Assembly: GCA_964187785.1 (NCBI GenBank) | Contig: OZ076409.1 | Span: forward strand, 5,582,001 to 5,646,000 | Length of the DNA stretch: 64,000 nucleotides | Direction: 5' to 3' | From: Amphiscolops sp. MND2022 | Taxonomy: Eukaryota | Shown: positions 1 to 13,634 of the stretch, one piece after another | How positions within the stretch are numbered: position 1 is the first letter of the stretch | Layout of the letters: each line of letters begins with the position of its first letter | Position numbers and translations under genes: made by a program | Notes under the pieces: generated by a model | Told to the model about the DNA's origin: nothing | Database searches by the model: none | What the model saw: only the letters and a program-made list of their open reading frames with translations

Positions 1-559
1 CGCAACAAATCTTTATCTCAACGCAAGCAACACAATTGTAAGGCTGTACAATTTGAAAAGAGAAAACGAAAAATGACGGAAACTTCAGTTTTCATTTCTA
101 ATCTACCTTTTATGGAAGGAATGACTCACTGAATCAAAAAAGAGACAGTTAATCACTAAAAAAACTGGCGTCAACGTTCCCTCTCAAATAATGTTGATCA
201 TTTTTCTTCTCTGTGAACGTTAAATGCTCAAGTACAATAAGTTGTCTGCGAGGTTCACCAAAACCACTAAAGTGGGCCAAATCGTCTCTATACGACGTGC
301 ATTCGTGTGGTAAAACAACTGAAGAGGTATAAATGCCCTCAAAAAAGGTCGCACTGTCTGGGAAATCTACTGTTGGCAAACAAGTTACGTCAGCTTGACC
401 CGACATTGTAGGCGAAAATCACAATCACCAGAGACAAACTATAGAATGTTTGAATATATTCAGCCTGCCTAACTGACAGTTGACAGTCACCTTGCTATCT
501 CGTCTTTTGTTCAACAATTATTGTCCAAAAATTATTGTCCAATTAATGTCCCCAATTAT

Positions 560-3500
560 TGTGACGCCGAGTGATGCTCGAAACAGACAAACGTACTGTA
601 CTTGTCAATAAACATAGTGAATGAACATAGTGCATCGACACTAATCGCCAAGCTGGAAATGAAAGATGCGAACTACAACTCAGCATTTGGGATCTTTAAG
701 GACAGATACGGTGACAAATTTTGCATTTTCGAAACACACTACAGAAACTACCTAACTTGGAACCCAAGACAGAAGGTTACACTCACTTGAAGCAGTTTTT
801 TGACAACTTGGAGCTACACATACGTGGACTCGAACCGAACACAATACAAAAACAAGAACTTGGAGATCTTCTCATTCTACTTTTGTTGGAACAACTATCC
901 GGAGATATGAGAAGATGTTTTGCCAGAGGTCACAGAAAGACGACATGAACACTCGATCACTTCGTTACAGCCCTCAAACGAGAACTACAAGTTATGGAAC
1001 AAGACAAAACCAAAAAAGTAAACTCAACAAAAAATTGCAATCCCGTTCGATAGCAGCCTTTTGCACCGACCAAACACAAAGTTCAAAGACACAGTGCCGA
1101 GCTGCATACGGAACGAAAGACTACACAGCACAGAAGACACCAGCAGCGGAGTGTTTTTTCTGTGGATCATCACATAGCATTCAGCGACTGACTAAACGAC
1201 ACCAACAGTAATTATCGCCTCGAAATACCTAAAAAGGAAAAGGACTATGTTTCAATTGATTGGAAAAAATACCAAAATGGATTGACTTTTGCAGCTCAAT
1301 GCAAAAGAGGAACCTGCCGGAAGTGCAGCGGAAAGCACCTTACAGCACCTCACAAGGAACACATCGGGGAATAGAAAAAAGACGTCAGAGCAAAGACCAG
1401 ATAAATACAATCAAAGTTCACTTACGCTAATCAGAGTTGACCCTGAAGACATTTTTGGAAACTATAGCAAGTGGAAACAGAACGATGAAAGCAGCAGTTT
1501 TACTGGACAACGGAAGCTCCGACACTTTTTGCACTATAAACTTAGCATAGAGAGTCCAGCTACCTGCAACTCCACATCAACTAAGCCTTTCACACTCTGG
1601 ATTTGAGTATAAAACATATGTTGCAACATTAGCCCCACCTCGTTGAATACAAAAGAAGAACATGCTCACCTGAAAGCAATTGTTGTACCCAAAATCTGTA
1701 CACAGAAAGTTCGACAGCTCTACCGATACAGAAAAGAAAAACAAGGAAACGTACTGTGGAACCAGTCAACAAAGGAAGAGCGATCGACCTCCTCATTGCA
1801 TCAGACTTTCATTACTCAATAGTAAAAGATGGACTCATCCGACCAAACAATGAAACTGTCGCAGTGGAAACCAAAATTGGATATCTTGTATGTTGTGGCA
1901 AACACAATGCTTCACAGATTGATACCTACTACACAACAGCACAAACAGCTCGCATTGTTATAGACAAAGAACATATCAAAGAACCACAGCAGCTCTTCGA
2001 GTGGATACAAGCAGAGCCTGAAGTTTGCTGAACACAAGTTAATCAATTAGACGACTCTCTACATACTTTAGTCCAAAACCCGAAACAGGACATTATACAA
2101 CATCTCTGCCATGGACACGTGAATGTGACAAATCAAAAAAACCTGACGATTGGGCACAGAGCATATCACAGTGTAACAAACAGTATCTTAAAATGCCTAG
2201 CTACAAACAACTCTTGCAGAAGCCAAATGACGTTTTTTGCAGATAACCAAAGACGTGGATGCATCGGGCCTCACGACCAACTACAACTAACACGACGACA
2301 GCCCACTTTAACAAACAGCGTAGTTGACATACATCTCTGATTTCGACTACATGGGAGTGCCTTGAAAGAAGACATCGAAGTAAAAATCAAGGAAAAAAAC
2401 CGAAAGTACTTGAGATTCTACTACTTACTTAACCCCAAATATGAAGAACAAGGAACTGGACATATAGCTGTATACCATTTTACCGAAATCATTCAATGTT
2501 ATTGGATCTCGAGCATCTTCTTTCATCCTCGCAGCGGTTTACCAGCGCAATCTGTAGAAATACATCCTGCGTCACACAGCGCTGGACACTGGGTGAAACA
2601 TACTTGTGGACAAGCTCGTCATGGGAACCGACACACAAAAAAGAAGCATTGATTCATTTTGAAAGGACCAGGAAGATCTTTCAAAAAGCATCAATGATCA
2701 GTGGATCACCAAAGAAGATCAGTTATCACTGAAACCATCTAAGCAACACTCGGAATCAGTTTGGACAAAAAGGAAAAAAAGATTCAGCCAGTTCGCCACA
2801 CCTTTCGACCCTTTTAGATAGACAACCCCAGCGACATTCAAACTCTTTATGAGCGACCTTTGGAAAGAAAGTAGGACATGTGATGAAGAACTACCGAAAC
2901 AGAAGAAAGACTGAAGGCAAGTGGCGCTTATTTAGGCAATGCAACAACATACGTAAGACCAAGACCCATACTGATTACAGAGAATACCGCATTGACATCT
3001 TTGTGGATAGCTTGCTCTCAGCATACACAGCAGCTGCCTACCTTAAAGTGGAGCTTTACATGGCGAAGACTAGACTTGCCCCAGTATCACAAAAGACTGC
3101 ACCCGAGTTCGAGTTGATGGCAATGGCCCTCCGTTCACAGCTAGTACAATTTCTACAACAATCTTCCCAACACCAGCCCATTGTTGCAGAATCAATTTCC
3201 GGAGAAATTCACAAGTTCATAAGATTGCCTGCCTTGGCTCAAATCAACTAAGCCACTGGAGATTTTATTCGCTACCGAGTGATCTTGATCAATAACTACC
3301 AAACTTAGTTTCTTCTTCATTCCAACGGACCCCAGTCCAGACGACACTGCAACCCGCAAATGTGAGCTAAAAGAAATGCAACAACAACTTTGGTTTTAGT
3401 CACAATGTTAGCTCTAATATGAACGCAACTATGTTAGCTCCATTCAAGACCTCCAAGGCAACTAATCAAGACCTCTCGGATCCATTGGAGAACGCAGCTT

Positions 3501-5340
3501 TCATCTCTGGAAAGTGAGAAGAACGAAGAGAGGGTAAACCTGAATTTACCCTGGAAACAAAAACTCAGCAGCTAGACACTATACCGCAATACATGGTAGC
3601 CCCGAAGACACCCTTAACACAGACCAAACTCAACGCAGTAAATTATCGCAACAAGACGTGGTAAACAAGATGCACTGTATAAAGACTATTTTGATCAACA
3701 TCAATTGATAGAAGAGATGATAGAGCACTCTGAAGTTTCCTGCAACTTCACAACACCCAAATCATCACGCGAGACACCCGTAACTGTAATCAACAATAAG
3801 ACACGCCATTCTAAATTGAGAAATTTGTAAGGGAATCTCGCCTGGATCAACCGTTTCCTGAAAAACTTTAATCAAACACCTCACAGCAGCAATGAGAACT
3901 CCAAAGTCAAAATAGAGCACCAACCTCTCACTCGAACGGAAGAAAGGACGACTTTTTTCAACACCTTTCGTCAATCACAAGAAACATCACACGCCGAAAC
4001 AAAAAAAACAATATCATCTTGTAAAGAAAAACCAATTCACCAGAAGTCTCAGACTTTGTATCGATCAACATTACATCATTCGATGGGGAGGACGTTTGGG
4101 AAACTGCAACGACTTATCACCCGAAAAAAAACAGCCCATACTGCTTACACAGGATCAGTTGTCAAAACTGATTGTGGAAGACTGCCACAAGAGAACTCTA
4201 CTCTTCGGAATCAGAGCAACTTCAATATTTTCCAGTACACAATTTTGGTGACCGAGAGAAAGAAGTTTCACAGAGAAGATTCTCAGAAAATGCAACACCT
4301 GCCGTCGTATGGGGAGCAAAATGAACAGATACCCAGAACAAGCTACCAAGCTATTGCATCAACTCTGCACAAACCTTCAGCGCTGTCGGAATTGACAACA
4401 CAGGACACATCTTCCCACAAATCCCACACCGCAGAATAATCCAAAGACTACAGCGCAGTTTTCCCTTAATGCATCACGCGTGCATTACACCTGGAACTTG
4501 TGACAGATCAAACAGCCGCGTTGTTTCTACTAACGTTCCGCCATTTTTGGGCGAGAAACATCGTTCCAACAACAGTTGCATCGGATACTGCAACTTCTTT
4601 CATTGCAGGAGAATCTGCATTCAAGCCGATTTTGGAAAACGACACTTCAGCAGACATAAAAACGAATGAATACACATTTCGGAAAACACCAAGTTGGAGG
4701 AGGATTGAACGAATGACTTCTCGGTATTGTCAAAAAACATACCGAAGAAAGTTCTCGGGAAGGCTTCACTGGCACAAACAGAACTCCACACGATCCGAAA
4801 AAAACCAAGGCCACTGTCAACACTAGACCCCTAGCATATCTGGAAAGCATAACAACACCTAGATGATCAACAGCACTGACACCGTCACATCTCATCAGTA
4901 AACGAAACAGATCAACATTATCCCACTTTGAAGACACCCAACAAAACATCATCCAGAAAGACCTCGGACACGTGCAGGCCAACCAAGGAACTTGACACAA
5001 CTATAACAAAGTATTTGGACCAAATGGGCGACAGAGTGTTTGAGTTCTATAAGAGTACCCTGAGAAGCCAAAAACTGGAAGACGTCACAAACAACAGCAA
5101 GCGAAAGAGATCTAGAACTAGTCTACGACAACACACCTCGCTGGAAAATGGAAATGGGAGGAATTGAAGAACTGTACAAAGAAAATGACAGACAAGAAAG
5201 GTCGGCTCGAGTAAGACCACAAGAAAATGACATTAGCCGAGCACTTTATAAATTGTTCCCTATTGAACTGACAACAGTAAGAAGATCGAAGCCTGATGAA
5301 ACTGCAGAGGACCTTCAGATGGTAATATCCTAGTATTAGA
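560..5340 (+). pseudogene. Decayed BEL/Pao LTR retrotransposon gag-pol (many stops and frameshifts; boundaries approximate, LTRs not found)
   Basis: Fragments occur in Pao order: DUF1759-like Gag (NYNSAFGIFKDRYGD, LKQFFDNLELHIRGLE), Zn knuckles (CFFCGSSH), protease remnant (LLDNGS near 1500; IDLLIASDF...AVETKIGY), Pao RNase H (IDIFVDSLLSAYTAAAY...MAKTRLAP), integrase core (LHLELVTDQTAALFL...SDTATSF) and DUF5641-like end (WKMGxIEELY...SARVR...RALYKLFPIE). Confidence 0.9.
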
Positions 5341-5888
5341 ACTGTCACAAGACAATATTAAACCGAGTCTGAGCAGTAATTGCAGACTGCGGCGCAAAGC
5401 CTTCAATCATGAAGTTTCGTGCGACAAAAGAATCTCTCGTCTTCTGGTGGAGAATGGGACACGTTCAGAGACAAAGAAAAAGTGCAACTAGGTATCATTA
5501 GACCCTACTATGCCACGCTACGGTCCTTTCAGCAACGAAACAAGTGGTGTTGAGAAACGGACTGCATTCTTTGGCACAGAATTCGGGGCAGCATAGCGTT
5601 TGGTCAAAAGAAAAGATCAACCAGCCGTCCCAATTGTATTTTATGATGACGCTTTTTAGCTCTGTGGGCTATCATGTAGTTTTGCGATTGATATCCAAAG
5701 ACGCATGACTGCCTCAGCACGGGACAACAACCCAAGGGGTCAAAATGCCCCCAAATGAGAGTTGCCACGAGTTCTGTACATGAATCAACAGACTATAGAA
5801 CTATCACTAACAACACTCGGAACACTGACAACCAAGTGATAGAATGTATAGGTGGAAAACTATTATCAACTTCGAACTATGTTTCTTA

Positions 5889-6125
5889 TGATGTAACCAT
5901 CTTTCATATCCGCTATCCCCATCAATCATAAATTTGTCTAGGCACCAGTATATTCGTCTTGCATAATAAAGTATCATAATTTGTATTCATGTTAAAATGT
6001 ACCTTCAAAAAATGGTAGAAAACTTTTAATTTGTATCTGTCTCTCTCTTAGAGTACTTCAACTACGCCGTTCATCCTAGTCTGACATAAATTCACTTCTT
6101 GAAATAAACAAAATAAACTGGTTCA
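5889..6125 (+). repeat. 5' LTR of element A
   Basis: TGATG...TTCA. Shares blocks with 19421-19650, e.g. CATCTTTCATA, CGCTATCCCCATCA, GTACTTCAACTACGCC, AATAAA. Confidence 0.75.
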
Positions 6126-6132
6126 TTCAAGT

Positions 6133-6148
6133 TGGTCCCTTTCGTTCC
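6133..6148 (+). promoter_or_regulatory. Putative primer-binding site of element A (degenerate, tRNA-Tyr-like)
   Basis: TGGTCCCTTTCGTTCCG lies 7 nt after the LTR and loosely resembles the tRNA-Tyr PBS TGGTCCTTCGAGCCGG. Confidence 0.45.
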
Positions 6149-6160
6149 GACAATAGTTCC

Positions 6161-6371
6161 TGTAGTAACCAAATCAATTTGGTTTGATATTCAATATCAG
6201 TACAAATCTCTTCTGTACAAATCACAAATCAGGGATGCGACCTCGCCGTCGGTACAAGTCAATCCCTTTCTGTATTAACTCTCAAAAACGTGATTGGATA
6301 TATCTGTCGGTACAACCAATTTCGTTAGTGCTTTCCAGATAGTTCATCAGTTCGACGTTCCCGTCGGTGCA
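6161..6371 (+). repeat. Array of 4 structured 45-60-nt units in the leader of element A
   Basis: Unit pattern is TGTAC-T-AAYCAC..GTGATT-CGAC..GTCG-GTACA, with variants such as AACCAAA/TTTGGTT and TGATA/TATCA. Confidence 0.75.
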
Positions 6372-6681
6372 AAAGCATTTCTATCCAAGTGCCTCCCGCT
6401 ATTGATCTTGTTTGAAAATTACTAATAGTTTTGTAGTCTCTGATAGATATGGATAGTCTTTTTGGCCATCTGGCAATCATTGCTCTTGTTGTAAACAAAT
6501 TCATCCTTTATTTCATTCCTTGATAATTTTTTCTCGTCTTCGTCAATGTTTTTCACCAAAACTCTTGTAACAACAATTCTTTTCACGTCATATACCTTTG
6601 CCATGACAGGTTTTAATGATTCTAGTTGAACAAAAGTGTAGTTTCTTTGTTTCTTTAGTATTCCTTTTCAACCACTCCTCT

Positions 6682-6890
6682 TGTTGTATCTACTTTCTTA
6701 CTGTTAAAAGATTGTATGATGGCTAAGAATTACCTTCTTTCTTTCAATTCTTTTTCTATGACTGAGTTAAGAATTCATCTGCTCTTAAGTGGCAGGACTG
6801 GTATTTAATCAAATAAGTACAACAATAAATATAAACAAGAGGCAGACTAATTAATGTTTATAGTTTGTAGTAGTTGGTCTGTCCTCTACA
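6682..6890 (-). repeat. 3' LTR of the Mag-like element (209 bp)
   Basis: Direct repeat of 12564-12768, with a few substitutions and a 4-bp indel. Confidence 0.97.
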
Positions 6891-9800
6891 TTCCCCCTTC
6901 TACTATTGGCTGATGATCTGCCAATGGGGGCGTTCTGCTTTTCGCTGTGGCGGTTGTTCCTCCAATGGTCCAATGTTTGGTGAGCGGTAGGCCGTTCCCG
7001 GCTGTTGTATATGTTGCGGTGATTGGCTGTCCGTAACGTCTGTATTTTGTCTTGCGACTGGTTCAGATGCTTTCTTCCCCCTCCTGTCCGTCCTCTGTTT
7101 GACTCGGTATGGGTCCCGAGTTCAGCCTTTTTACGGTATGAACTGTAATCATGACATATTGGGTTATTGTATCTTACGTTAGGGTTGGTTTTTGTCAATT
7201 TTTTTGATCTGCGTATAGGTTCGTTTTCTTCTATTTCGATTTCAGTACTGGAACTCAACTTACTTGCTAGGTCTAGTTCAGAGTTTTCTAGGATTTCTTC
7301 AAATGGACTCGGCTGGGTTTTATTATCAGTAAATACCTTACCGTTATCGTCTCTGATAAAAACTTCCTGGTCGGCAATTTTAGCGTCTTCTATGGCACGG
7401 TCTACTTCCGTGTCCGTCATGTTTGTGGTGGTTATGGTTAAAGGACCCGTACTGCTTCCTTGTGTAGGGTTGTTGTCCTGGCTGGTTTGGGGCGAATTTG
7501 AGCTGTTCCGGTCTCTGATCAGCTTGGGTCTGCCTCGGCCGAGTGAACCCTTCTTTGTTACCGTTGTATTGGGGAACTCCAGTGTCTTTTGATTTGCCCA
7601 TTCCATCAACGGTGCCTCTGAATCGTCTTCGGAGTCGATCACCATTGTCCGTCTCTGTTTGGATGGTGATCTGATAAACCGGCCGTCCGATCCGCGTGGT
7701 CCGGTCCCTCTGTTGTTGCTTTCCTATTTAAATGTTTCAATTGGTTTACTAATTAGTTTTCTGTGTATCACTCTTCCGTTTGGTGTAGTTACGGTGTAGC
7801 TTGTGCCCGATATTGCTAATTGTGGTTTATCGGAATATGCACTTTCAAATTTATTTCATTGATGTTTCTTTTCTAAAAATGAAAAATGATAGTTACTTAC
7901 TCCTTTTGCGCCTTTCTTTGGCTTGGTGGGTAGCTGGTCAGACACACCGCCAGCTCCACTGAAAGAATATACCTGCAAGGTATCTGGTTTGGCTGAAACG
8001 GAACGTTTTGTTAGTTTTTCTGTTTCGTCAAGGTTTAGTAGGTTGCTTATTTCCGTGTTAGGTTTTCTACCGTAATGTAATTCGAAAGCGGATTTTTTCA
8101 ATCCCGTATGTGGCGTTTTTCTCATTACGTCTAGAGACATGTCTAGGGCTTTTGCAAATCGTTCTCCAGTTTTAGGTTAGTTAGGAGATTTTCTTTCAAG
8201 GTTCTGACTCCTCGTTCTACCAGTCCGGTAGGTGTGTGTACATACGGTGTCCCGTATATTAGCTTAATGTAGTGTTTTTTACAGAAGTCCCTGAAAAAGC
8301 GTCCCGTAAAAGCAGTGGCTCTATCCGACCTTATTGTTTTTGGTATACCGTTTAATTGGATGTATTATTCGAGAAATTTTACCGCCGTTTCACCGTCCGT
8401 GGATGTGCAAAAGCTCGCGGCTGGCCATTTGCTGTACCGGTCCATGGATAGTGAGATGTAGAATCGACGGTTGTTTTCCGTGATTGGTCCGATGAAATCC
8501 ATTTGGATTTTTTCGTTTGGACTATTTAATGGTTGAAGGCTATTTGTTTCCGTACTTGGGATGTTAGGTTCAATGTTCTTACCAGACATTTTGCACGGAA
8601 GAAATGACTCGCACTTCTTTTGTATCGCCTCAGTCATCCGTGGCCACCAGAAGTGTCGTGCGGCGAGGGTCATCTTATTGATGGCAGGATGGCCCTTGTG
8701 TAACAAGCTGATAACGGTGGCTCGGAGATTTTTCGGGACGATGATTTTATCCTCGATGAAAACTAAGCCGAACTTGCTCGAGAGATTTCTTTTGTGTGTT
8801 TGGTATTCGTCTGGTATTAATTATGTTGTTGTCGCTCCAGACAAACCAGAGTCTTCAGTAGAGTCGGGTCAATGGTTGTTTCGGTCATCAACAGTTGTAA
8901 ATCTGTTGAAAAATTCTTTTCCGTTTCACGAACGGCTTGCTCCAGATCCCAGTTGTTTTCTTCCTGTGCCGCTACTTTACGGGCGTGTCCCATTTTGACG
9001 TACTGGACTCTTTTTACCCCTACATAGTTTGCCCAACTCCAAGCGGGTACATCTAGGATAGACGGGTCCTGGTCCGTCTCAGAGTCAATCTCGCCTTCTT
9101 CTATCGGTACCGGATTGAACTGCTGGTAGGTACTTGTTGTGGCTAGTTGTCTGACTGGGTTTTGTTGTTGTTGTTGGGCCGGTGTTGGTCGATCTACTTC
9201 CCAGAAGGGGTCTACGGTCCATTGCTCTGACCTTCTCGTTTGCGGTTGAAAACCTCCGCTGTGTTGCGGACCGATTCTTTGTCGTGAGTTGCCTTGTTCC
9301 CGGCCCCGCATTCTTTGTTGTAATCTTTCTTCGATTACTTTTCTTTCACTCCGCAAGACTTTCGGCTCGTGGTATTTTTTCCACTTTCCCCCGGTTAGGC
9401 GGTAAATACCGGGTTTATCAATATCTTTCCATCGTTGTATTAACTCGGTAGTTTCAACCGATGAATCAGTAGCAGCAATTTGATCAATGGTTCTGACGTC
9501 CATTGTTGAATTAAAATTTGAAGGTTTGGCTTTTGTACGTGATAACGCTGTGTTGCTAAGGCAATTAATGGCAGTTTGTTCACGCGTTTCTTTTGACCGT
9601 AGCTTTTTGTTTGCTTTATGTTCGCTTTTGTCCGTTTCGCTTTCTGATTGGTCGAATTGGTTGCTAAGGCAACCGTGTTTGGAAATGAATTTGTAGTGTG
9701 GCAAGATGTTGTTGATTACATATTCTTCGTCGTATGCGTCATCCGTTTGCGGCGGCGCTGTCGGATTTTTACTTAGGTAGTCCGTGAGTGCTAAATGTTT

Positions 9801-12516
9801 GCCTGCGATATGTTTACGTTGATGGTGAAATGTGCTAATCGGTCGAACCATCTCGTTAGCCGTGCGCTATATGTTTTATTGGATCGGTTCCGTTTGATCA
9901 ACGGTTCTAATGCTTGATGGTCCGTGAGTAATTTTATCGGTTTACTGTAGATGTATAAATGGAAATGTTCTAATCCCCAAACGACTGCTAATAGTTCGAG
10001 TTCGTTAATTGCATATTTTTTTTTCAGTGTCGGATAGAAATCGGCTTGCAAAACCGATCGGTTTTAATTTCCCATCTGGCTGTTCTTGCCATAGTGTTGC
10101 ACCGAGGCCTTTTGTACTGGCGTCGGTTGTTATCACGTTTGGGTAATCTGAGTTGTAATGAGCCAGACATGGTATCTCCGTGATCTTTTGCTTGAGGTTT
10201 TCGAACACTCGTGTGTGTTCTTCCGTCCATAACCATTCGGTATCTTTCTTTAACAGTTGTCTCAGACTGTCTGTTTGTGCTGATAGGTTATCTATGTATT
10301 TGGACATGTATTGAATCGCCCCCAAGAATGATTTGAGTTCTTTTTCATTGTTCGGCTGTTTCAAATCTTTTATTGCCATTAGTTTGTCCTGTAGCGGTCT
10401 GATACCGTTTTGGTCAATTTTGTGGCCAATCCATTCAATTTCCGTTTTTATAAGTACGGATTTGTTCTCACTGAGTCTGTATCCAGCGTTTTCTAGTTTA
10501 GTTAAAACTTCCGCCAGCTCTTTTTTATGTTGTTCTTTGGAGCCTTTGGTTACCAGTTTGTTTGTTTTCCAGTGTTTGGTCAATTTTGTCCTGAAAAATA
10601 GTCGGTATATCCGCAAACCCGTAAAACCCCTTCAGGAAACGATAGTAACCGGTAAAATTTCCACCGGTTACGGCAAATATGCATAGGTTTCGAGCTTCTC
10701 TGGATAACAGTAGTTGGCCGTATGCGTAGTCCAGATCAAGTTTTGAGGTCCATATCTCGTCTGCCGGTCCGTCCGCAATTTTCCTGGATATTCTGGAAAT
10801 TAGTTCCTCCATATTAGGCATTTGTGCCTTTCTCTTGATGGTTATTTCGTTCAATTTCCGTGAATCTAGGGCAATTTTTACCGACTTGTCCTTTTTTACG
10901 GTAATGACTGCCGGGCTAACAAAACAATTTTCGTCAATGTTGTTCGCTTTTTCAATGTGTCCCTGTTTCATCAGCTTGTTGATTTTCTTTTCAACCGATT
11001 GTTGTAAGTGAATCGGTATTGGTATTCCTTTTTGTTGAATTAATCTCGCGTCGTCTTTTAGCTGTATTTTTACTTCCAGTCCCTTTACGGTGTGGTTTTC
11101 ATGGAAGAGTTTTTTGAACTTTCTTTTCAGAGAAGTAATATCCGGGTCTTCTATGACGTGATTTATTTGAGGACCGGTTTTACCGGTGTCCAGCGTTCTT
11201 CCCAACTTTCCCATCCAGTCCAATCCTAGTAGGGGGTTGGTTTTCTTTGTGGTTATCTGGTTATTTGTGGATTTCTAAATTGTTTTGTTGTCCGTTTATT
11301 TCTACAATTGCGGTAGTTTTTCCTTCGAATCTAATTATGTTGTCGTTCACATCTCTGTATTCTGCTGTTTTCAGCGGTTTCAGCGGTGTTGTTCCGTTGA
11401 ACAGTGATTTCGGTATTAATGCCACTGGTGATCTGCTGTCTATTATGAATTTGATTGGTCGCTTGTTGACCAATGCGGTGAGAGTGACGATGTCTGGACC
11501 GTCTTTATTCACTTGACGTGTTGAATGGATCTTCTGGTTAATGCAATGGATTGTGTCTTGGCTCCAGTCGTCTTCTTCCGCACTACTGGTTTCGTGTTCC
11601 TGTAGGCGGTTTATTTTCTTATTTGTTCGGCAACATTTTGCATAGTGGCTGATCTTTTCGCACTTTGCGCATTTCTTTCCCCTGGCCGGACATTCATGCT
11701 GTCTCGACCAGTTCGGGGCTCCGCATCTGTTACAATCCATTTCTTGAATTTGGTCGGTTTGTCCGTTTGTTCTTTATGGCTTTTTGCTTTTCTTTTTTTG
11801 AGGTATCTGTTTTTTTTTCTCTTCTTCTGTTTCTGGTGAGTCGTTTAGTTTCTCGTACATATGTTCATGTAGTGCTTCTGTAATTGCTTCCACTGACATG
11901 TCACTTTTTCTAATTTTCTTCTTGAGGTCATAATCGCCTGTCGATTTTCCGATTACCGAGAGACACTTTGATGCCAATAATTGCGCCGCGGTTATTGTTT
12001 CGAATTCGCAGTTTCTTTCGATTGCCAGTATCAGTTTCCAGACATCTGCCGCTGACTCTCCTTCTTCTCGCTTCAATTCGAAGAAGTCAGCTCTGCTGTG
12101 GTGGACATTTCTTTCCGGAGTGAAATGTTACCGGAATAGTGAGTACAATTTATGTAACGGTAGTGAGCTTGGTTCTCTTTCTCTAACCGTTTTGGTCATT
12201 TCCGTGTTAGCGTTTTGTCCAATTGCCCACAGGAATATGTCTTTTATCTCTGCTTCTAATTGATCACGGTATTGTGGCAGTATCTCTTTGCTGTTTGTCA
12301 TCGTTGATGGATCTAGGTACGAATTTCCGCCACCACATGTTTGCACTGTTACAGTCTTGCTTCTCCAGTGTTGGTATGGTTAGTTTTTGTGTGCAGGTCC
12401 GTTCAACTGTTCTGTTCATCGTCTCGTTTGGTGGCGGTTGTTCGCCTGATTGCGATCCCCGTCATCGTCATGTTTCTGTCTCCATTTCTTGGAGGAGTGT
12501 TTGTGCTATCGTCCAT
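6851..12516 (-). pseudogene. Frameshifted gag-pol of the Mag-like element
   Basis: Gag knuckles CNRCGAPNWSRQHECPARGKKCAKCEKISHYAKC, protease IIDSR (G mutated), RT (VSPAVITVKK, LDSRKLN, KLDLDYAY), RNase H (TDASTKGLGATL, ELELLAVVWG), integrase (LHKGHP, QMDFIGP, MDRYSKWP). Confidence 0.93.
6891..6904 (-). promoter_or_regulatory. Polypurine tract
   Basis: AGTAGAAGGGGGAA on the minus strand abuts the 3' LTR. Confidence 0.9.
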
Positions 12517-12550
12517 TGTTTCTGATTTTTCGATAGCTGTTTGGGGTTAA

Positions 12551-12563
12551 TCTGACTGCGCCA
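12551..12563 (-). promoter_or_regulatory. Primer-binding site, tRNA-Ser-like
   Basis: TGGCGCAGTC follows the 5' LTR directly and is complementary to the ...GACUGCGCCA 3' end of invertebrate tRNA-Ser. Confidence 0.75.
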
Positions 12564-12768
12564 TGTTGTATCTACTTTCTTACTGTTAAAAGATTGTATG
12601 ATGGCTAAAAATTAACTTCTTTCAATTCTTTTTCTATGACTGAGTTAAGAATTCATCTGCTCTTAAGTGGCAGGACTGGTATTTAATCAAATAAGTACAA
12701 CAATAAATATAAACAAGAGGCATACTAATTAATGTTTATAGTTTGTAGTAGTTCGTCTGTCCTCTACA
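12564..12768 (-). repeat. 5' LTR of the Mag-like element (205 bp)
   Basis: Direct repeat of 6682-6890. Confidence 0.97.
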
Positions 12769-13634
12769 CCTCTCCTAGTCTATAATAGTCCTTTACAAAT
12801 TCTCTCTTTTTTTTAAACACATCTCCTCAATTTCAACGATTGAACACTGTTTCCATTTACAACAAAACATTTTCTTCTACTCTTTATTTAACCTTACTTC
12901 TTTCAGAGACAGATCCTTATTCTTTACATATTCACCTTGTCGTAAAAACAACACATAAATTTTCTAAATGTCTTAATTAGCAATCCCCTTCGAATTTACT
13001 CATCAACCCCAATATAAACGTCAAATTCAAATAACTCTAAAACCTCTTTGTCTCAAACAGTCACAAAAATCTTTTTCAACCTACTACTTCATGGTCTTGT
13101 TTTTATTTTAACAGAACATTTTCATCCTCTCACTACAACATTTCCTCATTTCGAGTTCTTTTATCGTATCCATCACATTTTTTAAAAAACTCAGAACAAT
13201 CATCTACCAAATTCTCTATCGTGGAAATCACACCTCTCTGTAGAAATCTCTATCCCCCTCTGAACCAACACTGAATCCTGATATCCTTCTTGATTGCAAT
13301 TATTTAATGTTTATACCTCGTCATCATTCCTAATTTTTGAAAACCCCAGTTCCTCCTTCAGTTCAAGTCCCCTTCACCTTAGATGATAAACTCATAACTC
13401 AAGAGAAGTTGAAACAAACATCTCCAATTTGTCGGACCGTCTCATTTAAAACTCAAACTGTACTCGTTTTAAAATCGTGAACATCATGAATCCTATCTAT
13501 ATTATATAAACACTCACTCTTTAACTGAAACGCTAGACGAACTTCTTTTTTCTATACCACTCAAACGCTTCTTCAACAAGACGGAACCAATTGACAAAAA
13601 ACGTCTCTCCTGATAATATATATATATATATATA

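Larger units (their letters stand above)
6682..12768 (-). mobile_element. Full-length but inactivated Ty3/Gypsy element (Mag-like), 6087 bp, nested in element A
   Basis: Near-identical LTRs at 6682-6890 and 12564-12768 with TG...CA ends, a 5-bp TSD CCTCT (6677-6681 and 12769-12773), PBS, PPT and Gag-PR-RT-RH-IN order. Confidence 0.97.

Noticed and set aside
149..406. 85-aa minus-strand ORF
   Set aside because: No recognisable motif; it may be an exon or TE fragment but cannot be supported.
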